A stretch of DNA of 64,000 bases from the IMG/VR virus record IMGVR_UViG_3300033692_000022. The stretch is one strand, 5' to 3'. The notes under the pieces are model-generated. The model was given only the letters and a program-made list of their open reading frames with translations, was not told the origin of the DNA and made no database searches. Made by a program: the position numbers and the translations under genes. Positions 26,104 through 37,543 of this stretch are shown in pieces. Each line of letters begins with the position of its first letter. Position 1 is the first letter of the stretch. The DNA comes from a virus. Lineage: Duplodnaviria > Heunggongvirae > Uroviricota > Caudoviricetes.

Positions 26104-28188
26104 TTGATGAAGATACTCCAGAAAATCGGAAACTTCTTCAATCGTGTGATAAACGTCAGGAACGCATCTCCTCAAGATTATAATCCCAAGAATGTAAGAA
26201 TTAAAAAGGTTGGGCGGGCAACGCTCACTAGTGGTGGAGGTGGAGACACTTTCGAACCACCAGAATGGGACTTTAATCAGATAGATGATGCCTATTCTAC
26301 ATCGTCTTATACAAGACAGGCAATCGACAAATACATCGAGCTGATGTTCAAGGAATCATACGATTTTGTGGGGCCAACTCCAGATACAATCGAATATATA
26401 AGAAAAAGATTTAAGATGATGGCTATTGCTACAGGTAAACCTGTTAAACAGTTCTTTACTGAGATGGCAGAAGACTTAGTTAAATACTCAAATGTATTTA
26501 TAGTAAAAGCCAGACAGAAAAACTCCAAAGGTCTGCAAATGCAGGGCAAGAGTCTTACAGGAGTTACAGGAAATCAGCCAATAGCTGGTTACTTTCTATT
26601 AAGTCCCACAACCGTAAGTATTCTTCGAGATGAACACGGAACTATAAAGAAGTACGAACAGGAAGTGCCCGGTAATGGAGATCCGATAGAGTTTAAACCA
26701 GAAGATGTAATACATATCTACTATAAAAAGGACAGAGGTAAGGCATTTGGACAACCATTTATCCTGCCGGTTCTTGATGATATAAGAGCTTTAAGAGAGG
26801 CAGAAGAGAGCGTTTTAAGACTTTTATACAGACATCTCTTCCCATTATATCAGTATAAAGTAGGTATTGCAGAGCCTGGATTCGAGGCTGATGATAAAGA
26901 GATTGAAAATGTAAGACAGCAGATAGAGAACATGCCGGCAGACGGCGGTATAGTCACACCAGAGAGGCATGATATAAAAGTTATCGGTGCTGACGGTGAG
27001 GCGATAGACGCTAAAGATTATCTTGAGCATTTCGAAAAGAGGGTCTTTACTGGTCTTGGGGTTTCATCTACAGTAATGGGACGCGGCGATACAGCCAACC
27101 GTTCAACGGCTGATAACATGACAAAGGAAATGCACGACAGAATAAAAGCCTTCCAGGAAGTAATGTCAACATTCGTAAATGAATTTGTAATCCAGGAGAT
27201 GCTTTTAGAAGCCGGGTATGATCCTATAGAAAATCCAGATGACGCAGTAGAATTCCAGTTTAGAGAAATAGATACTGAACTTAAGATAAAGAAAGAAAAC
27301 CATGCAGTCTACAAGTATGAACACAATGCAATAACTGAAGATGAAATGAGAAAAGAGTTAGGCTTAGATCCTATTCAAGATAGAGCCTTAATGCACGTTA
27401 ATTTAGTTGGCGGCGCAAACCAGGATGGAGATAGTGAAGGTTCTTCTGCTGAGACAGATAACAAAAACAAACCAGAAAACCAGAGCGGCTCCAGGGACGC
27501 ACCAAAGACTAAAGAGATGGCAGAGGCAATGACCTCAAGTGCATTCACTAAGGAGCTTGACTATAAGGTCCATGAAGAAAAACTCTTAAAATATTATGAT
27601 AATGCTAAAAAAGACATACTTGATTTAACAGAGAAATTCTTCGAGGATGAAAAGAAAAAATATCCTAATAATACTCAGAATATAAAAGCCACTCTAAAAT
27701 CACTTTCCAGAACATCACTTTCTGCAAGCGAAGATAAGTTTAATACAGCCTTCCATTCAGGAGTAATTGAAGCGATGGGAGACTTAAAGGCTAAATCACT
27801 TCCTGATATATCCTACCAGACAGCGAGTATGAAGTTAGAAAGAACCCACGATAAATACTTTAATAAGCTCGCAGACGAACTTGCAGATCTAATCTCAGAA
27901 GCCATAAAAGAAAATGAAAAAGACAGAGCTAAAAGTAAAGTCAAAAACCTACTCAATGCTCATGAATATAGAATAAGATTTATTGCATTTACAGAGCTCA
28001 TGCACTCATTTAACTATGGGTATGCACTGACTGCTAAAGAACTTGGAGAAAAGGAAATAACAGTAAAGCACGAAGAAGATGCTTGTGATTTATGTGCAGA
28101 AAAAACTGCCATTGATTTAACAGTTGACAACCTGTATGAAGCGGTCCCACCGTTCCATACAAAATGTAGCTGCACTTTATATAAATAA
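26104..28188 (+). CDS. portal protein with C-terminal MuF/gp7-like head-morphogenesis domain
   Basis: Portal-like core (PEDVIHIYY...GQPFILPV) between terL and the protease; C-terminus RFIAFTELMHSFNYG...CDLC...PPFHTKCSC. Confidence 0.85.
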   Translation: MMKILQKIGNFFNRVINVRNASPQDYNPKNVRIKKVGRATLTSGGGGDTFEPPEWDFNQIDDAYSTSSYTRQAIDKYIELMFKESYDFVGPTPDTIEYIRKRFKMMAIATGKPVKQFFTEMAEDLVKYSNVFIVKARQKNSKGLQMQGKSLTGVTGNQPIAGYFLLSPTTVSILRDEHGTIKKYEQEVPGNGDPIEFKPEDVIHIYYKKDRGKAFGQPFILPVLDDIRALREAEESVLRLLYRHLFPLYQYKVGIAEPGFEADDKEIENVRQQIENMPADGGIVTPERHDIKVIGADGEAIDAKDYLEHFEKRVFTGLGVSSTVMGRGDTANRSTADNMTKEMHDRIKAFQEVMSTFVNEFVIQEMLLEAGYDPIENPDDAVEFQFREIDTELKIKKENHAVYKYEHNAITEDEMRKELGLDPIQDRALMHVNLVGGANQDGDSEGSSAETDNKNKPENQSGSRDAPKTKEMAEAMTSSAFTKELDYKVHEEKLLKYYDNAKKDILDLTEKFFEDEKKKYPNNTQNIKATLKSLSRTSLSASEDKFNTAFHSGVIEAMGDLKAKSLPDISYQTASMKLERTHDKYFNKLADELADLISEAIKENEKDRAKSKVKNLLNAHEYRIRFIAFTELMHSFNYGYALTAKELGEKEITVKHEEDACDLCAEKTAIDLTVDNLYEAVPPFHTKCSCTLYK

Positions 28189-28221
28189 ATCAACCACCAC
28201 AATGGGGGAGGAGGTGTTAGA

Positions 28222-29499
28222 TTGAAAAGATTACGTTTAAACGAGTCATATACCCTTGAGGTAGATCAGGAAAGTAAAGATAAAATGCTTTCCACTAAGG
28301 AGTCTACAGATGGGGCGACAGGCTCAGTCATTGCGAATCTTGCCGCAATTCACGCCGGCACAACCAAGAATAATACAGTTTATGGTGCTGATAAGTTAAG
28401 GGGTAGTGAAGAGGATAAGACGGGAGTAGCCTCCTGGACACATCCTTATAACAAGCCTGTACTTACTCACCACAACAAACATGCCGACCCAATCGGAAGA
28501 GTCCAAGAGGCTCACTATATGACAGCTGGTAGTAGACCATTTATTAAGTTAAAGGTTAAGATATCAGATGAGGCAGCAGCCGAAAAGGTATTGGATGGAA
28601 GATATGATACTGTATCCATTGGATCAGAGACTGATTCTGCAGTATGTAGTATTTGTGGAACAGATATAGTAAAAGAAGGTTTTTGTGGCCACTGGCGTGG
28701 AGAAACCTATGAAGGAGAAACTGCAAAGTGGATTCTAGGAGACCTCTGGTTTAATGAGGTAAGTTATGTTAACGTACCCGCCGATCAACAGGCCGGGACG
28801 CTGACTAAGACCAGAGAACAGTTGCAGGAGAGTGCTGATTACACGATTGATTCAGTAGAAGACCTAGGAAACGATGGTACCGCACTCCTCATTGTGGCAA
28901 ACGAAGAACAAGAAACTAAAAATAAAGTAAAACATACATTTGAGGAAGAGGAAGGAGAGACCAAATTGGCTGATACTAAAGACGAAAAAACAGTAGAAGA
29001 GTTACAGGAAGAGTTAGACTCCCTTCAGGAAGATTACGATAAATTAGAAGAGGAGAATGAAGAGCTGGAGGGTACAGTTAAAACCCTTAAAGAAGAAAAG
29101 CAAGGCTTAGAGGAAGAAAAGAATGGACTGCTTGAGGATGTAGACGAGAAGACAGATAAGCTACATCAGGCATTATCCGAAAGAATTGTTGATATGAGAA
29201 CAGTTCTGGGTAAGCCGCTGGAAGAAGAAAGAGATGACGAGGTGGCCAAGTATGCTGAGAGAAGTTTTGAATCTCTTAATGATACTATGAGCGATCTTGT
29301 TTTAGAGTATAAAGAAGCACTTCCTGGCCTGAGAGATCAGATCGAGAAAGTAACAAACCCTGGCGCGGCTATCGAAGATGGCAAAGAACCAGGCTCACAA
29401 AACAAGGAAAGTGATGATGACGACAAGGAGTTTGACGAAGAAGAAATTGACATTAAGTTAGAAGAAGTATTCCAAAATTTATTTGGCGGCACAAAATAA
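28222..29499 (+). CDS. prohead protease with C-terminal scaffold
   Basis: KPVLTHHN, PIGRV, TVSIG, EVSYVNVPAD; acidic coiled-coil C-terminus. Confidence 0.85.
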   Translation: MKRLRLNESYTLEVDQESKDKMLSTKESTDGATGSVIANLAAIHAGTTKNNTVYGADKLRGSEEDKTGVASWTHPYNKPVLTHHNKHADPIGRVQEAHYMTAGSRPFIKLKVKISDEAAAEKVLDGRYDTVSIGSETDSAVCSICGTDIVKEGFCGHWRGETYEGETAKWILGDLWFNEVSYVNVPADQQAGTLTKTREQLQESADYTIDSVEDLGNDGTALLIVANEEQETKNKVKHTFEEEEGETKLADTKDEKTVEELQEELDSLQEDYDKLEEENEELEGTVKTLKEEKQGLEEEKNGLLEDVDEKTDKLHQALSERIVDMRTVLGKPLEEERDDEVAKYAERSFESLNDTMSDLVLEYKEALPGLRDQIEKVTNPGAAIEDGKEPGSQNKESDDDDKEFDEEEIDIKLEEVFQNLFGGTK

Positions 29500-29528
29500 T
29501 AATAAAAACCCAAGGAGGTAATTTATAG

Positions 29529-30578
29529 ATGCCACTTTTTGAACAATTCAAAGCAGTTCCAGATAGTCGTTCTAACACTAAGTTAGTAGTTTCTGGCGGA
29601 GACTCTCCCGCAGAAGAGTTTATTGTTGATCCTACATTACCGGTGAAATTCAAGCACGAGTACGGCGGATGGGGCCAGCAAGAAGTAGTTATTGCAAAAG
29701 GACAGTTATGTGCGATTGGTGACCCAGTTAAAGACACAATTACAGGTGAAATGAGACCTACATTAACAATAGCTGACGGGACAAACCCGGTTATTGGTGT
29801 AGCTCCTTATAACATCTCTAAGAACACAGATGATAGATTTGACGGCAACCAGCCAAGTGTTATTACTAAAAACTACATTGAGGTTCCTTATATCCCAGAC
29901 AACAATTATGCGTCTAACGTACATTGGGGTCTTGCAACAGGAAACTTAAATCAGGGTGATTTAGTAAAAGCTAACGGCAACGGTAAATTTGTTAAGTGGG
30001 AAGAAGGTACAGATTCCATTAGACAGATCGTTGGTACATTGTGGGCTATCGAGCAGAATATTCCACCTGCAGGTTGGTTGAAATGGGCTATGCTTCCTGA
30101 CAGTGTATTAAGACAGATGGAAAACCCAGGAGAAGCTCCAGGAGAAGATGGATATCCATGGGATCCTCAGTACGGATGGCCAACAGAAGGACGTGAAGCA
30201 CAGGACGCTACAGGTATTCCTGGATTAACTGATGCTTACAACATGTCCAAAGAAGATGTAGCAGCAGAAGAATTGGGTACAGTTTCAGCAGGAGCAACAG
30301 CTGGTACTAACTTTGTATTTAAAACTGACCATACTCCATTAGTTGACGGTACATTAGTACTGAAAGCAGACGGAGCTCCTATCAATACTGATAACTTTAC
30401 AGTTAATGAGGAGAAAGGTGAGGTTACCTACACATTAGAGTCTGACGTTGGTGCAAGTGATGTAACAATTACAGCTGACTATACTCACACTGAAAGCCAG
30501 TGGGATAACGTTGGTGTACCTACAGGTTGGGACTTCCAGGGAAGTACTGGAGCAGCAAGAATCTTACTTCGCATGTAA
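29529..30578 (+). CDS. head decoration / minor capsid protein
   Basis: Position between protease and major capsid gene; beta-rich. Confidence 0.6.
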   Translation: MPLFEQFKAVPDSRSNTKLVVSGGDSPAEEFIVDPTLPVKFKHEYGGWGQQEVVIAKGQLCAIGDPVKDTITGEMRPTLTIADGTNPVIGVAPYNISKNTDDRFDGNQPSVITKNYIEVPYIPDNNYASNVHWGLATGNLNQGDLVKANGNGKFVKWEEGTDSIRQIVGTLWAIEQNIPPAGWLKWAMLPDSVLRQMENPGEAPGEDGYPWDPQYGWPTEGREAQDATGIPGLTDAYNMSKEDVAAEELGTVSAGATAGTNFVFKTDHTPLVDGTLVLKADGAPINTDNFTVNEEKGEVTYTLESDVGASDVTITADYTHTESQWDNVGVPTGWDFQGSTGAARILLRM

Positions 30579-30594
30579 GTTAACGATTAATAGA

Positions 30595-30611
30595 TTGTCG
30601 ATTACTATAAT
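30595..30611 (+). promoter_or_regulatory. putative late promoter motif TTGTCGATTAC, upstream of major capsid gene
   Basis: Exact repeat of the 11-mer. Confidence 0.65.
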
Positions 30612-30643
30612 ACTATAAAAAATATTCTAAGGAGGAAGTAATA

Positions 30644-31720
30644 GTGCCTAAAGGACTAACAGAAGCACAACAAAAAAAGCTAAACTTAATTGAAAAATAT
30701 CAAAATATGATGAACCCAGACTATAATGGACCCTCTTCTTTTAAGGAAGAGCGCGTAACCTTAAACGAAGCACTGTCGACACCAGATGCTTCAGTATTAA
30801 TTCCAAGAGTGATTGTAGGTGAATTAAGAGAGTCAGCAGAGCCTAACTATATCGCAAGTAACTTTTTCGATCAGGTGCAATTGACAGAAGGTAGAAGTAT
30901 GGTATTTCCTACCGTTTCTGCCATTCGTGCCCAAGATATAGCTGAAGGCCAGGAATATCCTCAAGATTCCCTCGACTTCAATCAGTACAAAAGTACTGAA
31001 ATTAGAGTTGGTAAGGTTGGTCTCCAGATCAGCATTACTGATGAGATGATCGAGGATTCTCAGTGGGATGTGATCGGACTTCACATTCGTCACGCTGGAC
31101 GTGCGATGGCTCGTTTCAAAGAGGAAAAGATTTACAAAGAGTTTAAAAAGCACGGTCACACAGTCTTTGACAATAGCTTAAGAGGTACCAATCCAGATGC
31201 CGGTACTACCGGCCTAGGTAAAGACGGTAACTTAAATGACACTATGTCAGTTAATGACTTTATCGACATGGTATTAGCTTTAATGGCTAACGGTTATGCT
31301 GCAACAGATATTTTAATGCACCCTCTAACTTGGTCAATGTTTGCTAAGAACAACGCTTTATCTCAGTTAGACCTTGCTGCTTTGGGTGGAGAAGGAAACG
31401 ACGTTACCCTATCACCTGGAATGGTACAGGGTCGTATCCCAATGAACTTAAATGTTAACTTAACTCCATTTATGCCTATCGATAGAAAGAACAAGAAGTT
31501 TGATATGTATGTTCTGGACCGTAATAACGTAGGTGTAATGCTGGTTAAAGATCCACTATCTACAGAGCGTTTCGATAACCCTCGTAGAGATATCCAGTCA
31601 ATTAAAGTTAAGGAAAGATATGGCATTGGTTTACTAGATGAGGGAAAAGCGGTAATTTCTGCCAAAAATATTGCTCTTGATGAAACATATCCTGAGCCAC
31701 AGCTGGTTAGAAATATATAA
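30644..31720 (+). CDS. major capsid protein (HK97 fold)
   Basis: EGQEYP, KVGLQISITDEMIEDSQWDVI, ERYGIG patterns; size and synteny. Confidence 0.9.
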   Translation: MPKGLTEAQQKKLNLIEKYQNMMNPDYNGPSSFKEERVTLNEALSTPDASVLIPRVIVGELRESAEPNYIASNFFDQVQLTEGRSMVFPTVSAIRAQDIAEGQEYPQDSLDFNQYKSTEIRVGKVGLQISITDEMIEDSQWDVIGLHIRHAGRAMARFKEEKIYKEFKKHGHTVFDNSLRGTNPDAGTTGLGKDGNLNDTMSVNDFIDMVLALMANGYAATDILMHPLTWSMFAKNNALSQLDLAALGGEGNDVTLSPGMVQGRIPMNLNVNLTPFMPIDRKNKKFDMYVLDRNNVGVMLVKDPLSTERFDNPRRDIQSIKVKERYGIGLLDEGKAVISAKNIALDETYPEPQLVRNI

Positions 31721-31748
31721 TAAGCAAATAAACTAGGAGGAGATTATA

Positions 31749-32171
31749 TTGGCTAAAGTAAAAGTCAAGCTCGCTCCTGGTCGCATTGCTTTCTTTCATC
31801 AAGAAACAGGTATCCATTTAGATTTAGAGTCCCCGGTTGCGGAAGTTCCCGGGGATGCTGATCTAACTGGAATTAAGACAGCCTTAAAGGTTGGCACCTT
31901 AGTTTTAGTAGAGGGAAGCATTGAAGACCTAGAGCAGGATGACACTAAAGAAGATACAGCCAATGATTCCGAAAAAAAGGCGGTCAAGGAAGACCAGCCC
32001 AGTAAAGAAGAGGATAAAGTCAAGGACGACACATCCGATGAAAACTTTACTGAGGAAGAATTGGAAGAGTTAACAGTAAAAGAACTTAAAGACCTTGCAA
32101 GAGACATGGACCTGAGCGGTTACTCAAGTATGGTTAAGGATGACTTAATCGAACTTATCTTAGGTGAATAA
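31749..32171 (+). CDS. virion protein with C-terminal Rho-N/HeH-like domain
   Basis: LEELTVKELKDLARDMDLSGYSSMVKDDLIELI. Confidence 0.7.
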   Translation: MAKVKVKLAPGRIAFFHQETGIHLDLESPVAEVPGDADLTGIKTALKVGTLVLVEGSIEDLEQDDTKEDTANDSEKKAVKEDQPSKEEDKVKDDTSDENFTEEELEELTVKELKDLARDMDLSGYSSMVKDDLIELILGE

Positions 32172-32181
32172 TGACATAATC

Positions 32182-32200
32182 GGCGGGGCCAGTCCCCGCC
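32182..32200 (+). terminator. GC-rich hairpin after the capsid genes
   Basis: GGCGGGG-CCAGT-CCCCGCC followed by TTAT (short U-tract). Confidence 0.45.
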
Positions 32201-32226
32201 TTATATAAGAATTAGGAGGATTTTTA

Positions 32227-33210
32227 ATGGCACTCAGACCAATAAGTTCCAAAATGATACTTTCTATAGAGCCTAGAAAGATAGACACAAATGTCCCACT
32301 TGATAAGAAAATTAAGGTTACATTCCAGAGAGATATGAATGTTAATACCTTAAATACTAGTACTTTTCAGCTTGAAAAAAACAATGGTGAAAATGTAGAG
32401 GGTTCAGTTGAGTATAAAGACAAAATAGCATATTTCACACCCGATACTCCTCTTGAGCCTGATACCACTTATCAGGTGACTCTTGTTGGTGACAGTGAGG
32501 TCGAAGATGGTGAGGGCGAGGGAATCCAGGATATATTAGATAACAGCCTCTATGGGAATTATACCTGGACTTTTACTACTGCGAAATCCGAAACTATAAA
32601 GGCACCTCAACTTGAAGAACCCTATAATGAAAGTTATCTGGAATCAAACCCAATAGAGTTTAGCTGGGAAAGACCAGAAGGTGCAGTAAGATTCGAGCTG
32701 CAGATAGCAAGAGACAGAAACTTTAGAACTATTGTCTGGCCAGAGGATCAATCCTATATCTCAGAAGAATACATAACACCAGATATAGAGTTTAAAGACG
32801 GACAGTATTACTGGCGAGTAAGAGCTATCGATTCAAGAGAAAGACCGAGTAAGTGGAGTCCTATCTGGACTTTTTCTATAAATACGCTAAAAAAGGGCAA
32901 GGTAACAAATGAAGACCCAGAAGAACCAGAGGTAATAGATTCTGGTTATGCTGCCCCAAGAGAACTTGCTGAAATGTTTCCCGATAATCATGATAGTAAT
33001 ATCGACCTTAATTTGGGAGCGATAGTAATCAAGGTCTTAGGCGAGGTAGACCCAGACGAGGTTAATGAGAATAACTTTAAGATAACAGGTAAAGCATTAG
33101 GATATGCCGATAATGATGAATCACACGGAGATGTAGAGGGAACAATATCAGTTTTTTATAAAGACGGGTTAAGCCATATAGTATTTCAACCAGAACCCGT
33201 GAGCGAATAA
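32227..33210 (+). CDS. Ig-like plus fibronectin type III domain virion protein
   Basis: IKVTFQRDMN...FTPDTPLEPDTTYQVTL (bacterial Ig); FSWERP...YYWRVRA (FN3). Confidence 0.75.
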   Translation: MALRPISSKMILSIEPRKIDTNVPLDKKIKVTFQRDMNVNTLNTSTFQLEKNNGENVEGSVEYKDKIAYFTPDTPLEPDTTYQVTLVGDSEVEDGEGEGIQDILDNSLYGNYTWTFTTAKSETIKAPQLEEPYNESYLESNPIEFSWERPEGAVRFELQIARDRNFRTIVWPEDQSYISEEYITPDIEFKDGQYYWRVRAIDSRERPSKWSPIWTFSINTLKKGKVTNEDPEEPEVIDSGYAAPRELAEMFPDNHDSNIDLNLGAIVIKVLGEVDPDEVNENNFKITGKALGYADNDESHGDVEGTISVFYKDGLSHIVFQPEPVSE

Positions 33211-33222
33211 AGGAGGATCTAA

Positions 33223-36200
33223 ATGGCAATTAACATACAGGGCGGCACAGAAGATCCAAAAAAGGTATTATTAGAATTTAAGGGCAGACAGGCCGAAGTA
33301 ACTGAAGATGGGGCTATAAAGGTAGATAGCACCCATACTATTCAGACAGTAGAAGGCACAGTCGATATCGGCTCACCGATAGATATAAACCAGCCCATAG
33401 AAACTAAAGAATTAAATACAGTAAGAAGTATAGAATCAATGCCTCCAGTCAAAATAGACCCGGGGCAGAACACGGTTAAAGCTGAGATAGATCAGCCAAT
33501 AACAGTAAGCCAGAATGATACCGTACTCTCAAGAATAGTTAACTCTTCTATTAATGTAGAAGGAGAGGTGGCAGTAAGCAACATACCAGTACCATTAAAT
33601 GACGCTGGTGATAGTGTCAATGTTGACGGTAGTGTAAGTATAGAAAACCTTCCTCAAGTGCAGGAAGTAGATGGTACTGTAACAATCAAACAGGCTGCTG
33701 GAGACAGACTAAAAGTGGATGCCAATATAGGTAATATACCACTTCCAGTATCAACAGGAGAAAACAGTCTTAATATAGACGGAGAAGTAGGAATTAAGCC
33801 TGGAGATAATTTAATCGGTAGTGTAAATATAAACGGCAGACCAGAAGTTAGCTTGCCAGATATCGCAAAAGATACTGCAGGTCATCTGCAGGTAGATGTA
33901 TTATCACAGCCCACACTTACTTTTGACGAGGTTAAGATAAACCCAGAGTGGAATGATGTAACAGTAACTAACTGGCCGGATGTGCAGACTGTAAACCTTG
34001 CTGAAAATACAGTTAGACTGCCTACTAAGATACAGGAAAATCTAAAGAGCGTATCAGCAGAGGTAACAAATACAGTAACAGTTAATGACATTTCAGATAA
34101 TAAGCATGTAGTAGTAAATAACTGGCCGGCGGTACAGGATATAAGAGGGGAAGTAACACTACCAAGTGATACGGTAGATGACTTAAAAGTAGTACAGGTA
34201 GATAACTTCCCTGCAGTTCAACCAGTATCCTTACCTAATGTTGATGTTGATAGCTTAGGTCGTTTCACCGTTAAGGTAGATAAGCTACCTAACATGATTC
34301 AAATAGATGACTCAACACCAATTAAGGTTGATACTGAGCTTACTGTAGAAAATGCTCAGATCAATTTAGACAATCTTAAGAGTGTTGATGTAATAGATAC
34401 ACTTACTTCTATTACAAACCCGGTACCAATAGATGATACAGAACCGATCAAAGTAGATGTAATCGGTATCGACCAGGTAACATTTACAAACAGCTATTTA
34501 GATACACATGAGCAGAACGCCTATGATGATACAAATGATAGATTCAAGGTAACAGTAGAAGAAGACCTTACAGGATTAAGAGATGTAAATGTAGTCAACC
34601 AAGAACTGCCCGTACATGTAAATAACATACCGGCAGTACAGGAAGTATCAGCAACAGATTTAGATATTAGAACCTTAACTGCGACACATGATCATGTAAG
34701 TGCTCAGATACTTAATGATTCATTAACAGTTAATGACGGCGGACAGGCCCTTACTGTTGATGGAATGGTTGACATAAATAACTTCCCAAATGTATATCCT
34801 ATAACAAATGACGGAGCACCTTTAAGCATAGAGGGTACTGTAGATTCTAAGATAGTCAGCTCAATAACTTTAGATGTTGCTCCAGATTTAACTAAAGACT
34901 CCTTCCCGGTAGTCGGAACAGATTTTGACATTAGACAGCTTACAACAGAAGATATTGTAAGTATTGAGGGTGGGAATGTAACACCTGTAAATATAGAAGG
35001 TAATGTAACAGTAGACAACCTTCCTGAAAATCAGGACGTAACAGTTACCAACATCTCGCTGGACACTGAAAACCATGTCCAAGCGGACTTATTGTCGCTG
35101 CCGGCTGTAGAACTACATGCTGACACGCTGGCAGCCTTAGAAAATACAACAGTAACAGTAGATAATATACCAGAAAACCAAGATGTTACTGTGACCAATA
35201 TAAACTTAGACGAACTCGGTAACCAGCAAGTAGATATAGTAGATATGCCTAGCGTCCCCCAGGGAGATAACATCATAGGGAGGACAAAAACATTAGGTTC
35301 AAACTATGATGAGCTGTCTCCTTCTCAAAACGAGATTAGAGTTAATGCCTCTGGAGAACAGTTTGCACATATAGTAAATCTACCAGAAGTGCAAAAGGTT
35401 GATCTAAACAATGTAAGTCAGGATACAGAGCAGAGATTAAATGTGAATATAGATAATCAGCCTACTGTAAAAATTGATGACACTACTCCTATTAGAGTAG
35501 ATACCGAATTAACAGTAGAGAATGCTGAAATTACGTTAGATAACCTAAAAAGCGTAGATACGATAGATACCTTGACTTCAATCACAAATCCTGTGCCTAT
35601 TGATGATACAGACCCAATAAGGGTCTTATGACGCAACAAATGATAGATTTAAAGTTTCAATAGAAAATGAGCCAGCGGTAAGAGACGTAAATGTAACAAA
35701 TACTGTATTACCAGTAGACGGAACAGTAGAGGTTACAAATATTCCTACAGTACAGACTGTTGAAGCTACCAACTTAGATATAAGAGCTCTGACAGCTGCA
35801 ACCGATTCAATTACTGCAACAATAGATAATTCAAGTATTGATGTTAATCTCACAAACGGAATCTTACAGGACGCTTCTGGTCATGGGCAGGTTGATGTTT
35901 TAAGCCTACCAGAGATAAGCGGCAATGTAATAGTTGATAACCTTCCAGTAAATCAAGATGTAACTATCACAAATACAGAAGCAAGAGATGCAGATGGCCA
36001 CTCACAGGTCGACATAGTCAATACCCCTACTGTTAATGTAGAGAATTTAGATTTAATAACTTCAGAAACAGACCATTCTACAAGTAGTGTACAAATATAT
36101 GGTAATGATGGAGTATCAAACCAGCCGGTTGCAACAGATGATGAAGGCCGCTTAAGAACAGGAGAAGAGTGGGTATTAGAAACACTCGGTTATTCTTTTG

Positions 36201-36448
36201 TGCCAGAGCACAGAGACTGGCACAATATGCACAAGGATTATGGAATAGAGATAGAAATGATTTGGGACCCAGATGGAGTAGATGAAACCTTTAGAAGACT
36301 GTCTGGAAATAGTTATGTACCAGAAGTGAATTTAAGAAAATCATTTGTAGGAGATGGAAACAAAAAAATACGAGTAATAATCAGGAACAGAAGTCATGAC
36401 GACGATGACCTAATAGTTTCATCCTGGTTCTTAGGGTACACTCAATAA
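33223..36448 (+). CDS. long repetitive beta-rich fibre/decoration protein, broken by a frameshift at about 35626
   Basis: 33223..35631 stops mid-repeat; the +1 frame is open from 35621, resumes the same repeat (YDATNDRFKV) and is continuous with ORF 36200..36448. Confidence 0.7.
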
Positions 36449-36464
36449 GGGGTGATGATAATAG

Positions 36465-37040
36465 ATGTTAGATAATCAAGTAATAGACATGGGATACTGG
36501 AAGTTCAAAGAATTAAAAGAAGAAAGAGACTACCCTATATGCTATATAGAAGGTAGCAAAACGTTCACCCTCATGATGTATGAAAGACATAGAGGTTATA
36601 GGTGTCAGATAATCAAAGATGGCTTCAAGGATAGTTTTATGACGGACCTAACCAACCAGCAGATAATTGATATAGAAACAGATTTTAAGAGTACTGGCGG
36701 ACTCAAAGAAGAAGCTAAACTCGTAGAAGATCTAATGAATGAAGCTGCACTTGGTATTAATATCAGTTCATATAAATATAAAGCAAGTTTTGATGAAACC
36801 CATAGGATAGACGACAAAGTAACAGAAAATATCATGTTTGAAGGAAAATGTAAATCTATCTGGTTTAAATCAGATAAAGACATCAACTTTCAAATAAATA
36901 ATGGTGATGTAATTTATGTGCATCACGGAACAGAGTATCAGTTAGAATTTGATTATAAACTAGTCAACCCTACCTTCAATATAACATCTCAAAATGGAGA
37001 TGGATGGGTAGATTACTTCATTGATGGCGAGGTGTTATAA
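36465..37040 (+). CDS. hypothetical virion-module protein
   Basis: ORF with GGGGTG RBS. Confidence 0.65.
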   Translation: MLDNQVIDMGYWKFKELKEERDYPICYIEGSKTFTLMMYERHRGYRCQIIKDGFKDSFMTDLTNQQIIDIETDFKSTGGLKEEAKLVEDLMNEAALGINISSYKYKASFDETHRIDDKVTENIMFEGKCKSIWFKSDKDINFQINNGDVIYVHHGTEYQLEFDYKLVNPTFNITSQNGDGWVDYFIDGEVL

Positions 37041-37529
37041 ATGCCAATTAGAAAGACTAATAAAGAAGTAAATATATCGGGTCAATATATAGACGGGCAG
37101 ACGCGGAAGGCCCACATCGACCCCCATGGTGCCCTTAAGGTAGTTACTTTGAATTATAAGCCAGGGCGTAATTTATTAATGAAAGGTCATAAGTTTACTG
37201 CAGAGGCAGCATTTGGCCCAGATAGCCCTAGAACAACAGAGCATGTCTGGGAGCTGCCTTATGGTATCAATCTTCTTGGTGGAATGTTTAAGATGAAAAA
37301 TGCTAAAGACGGAGACAAGATAGATATCTCAGTTATTGTTTCGCAGGAAGATGGGTCAGAGTTTGAAATGAAGTTTGTTGAAGACTTATATCTATACGAG
37401 GGGGAAGAATACTCCCTTAATAACGACACAAGTTTTGAACTTGATCCTGGTACTAAACTGAAAGTTTATTATACGAATACTGAAGAATCAGCTAAGGAAA
37501 TATTTTATAGTTACACACTTTATAGATAG
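37041..37529 (+). CDS. hypothetical virion-module protein
   Basis: Directly abuts the upstream gene; GAGGTG RBS. Confidence 0.65.
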   Translation: MPIRKTNKEVNISGQYIDGQTRKAHIDPHGALKVVTLNYKPGRNLLMKGHKFTAEAAFGPDSPRTTEHVWELPYGINLLGGMFKMKNAKDGDKIDISVIVSQEDGSEFEMKFVEDLYLYEGEEYSLNNDTSFELDPGTKLKVYYTNTEESAKEIFYSYTLYR

Positions 37530-37543
37530 TAAGGAGTGGAAAA

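Noticed and set aside
20509-31720. Inteins or introns in terL, portal or major capsid genes
   Set aside because: The ORFs are continuous, of ordinary size and show no splicing or homing endonuclease motifs.
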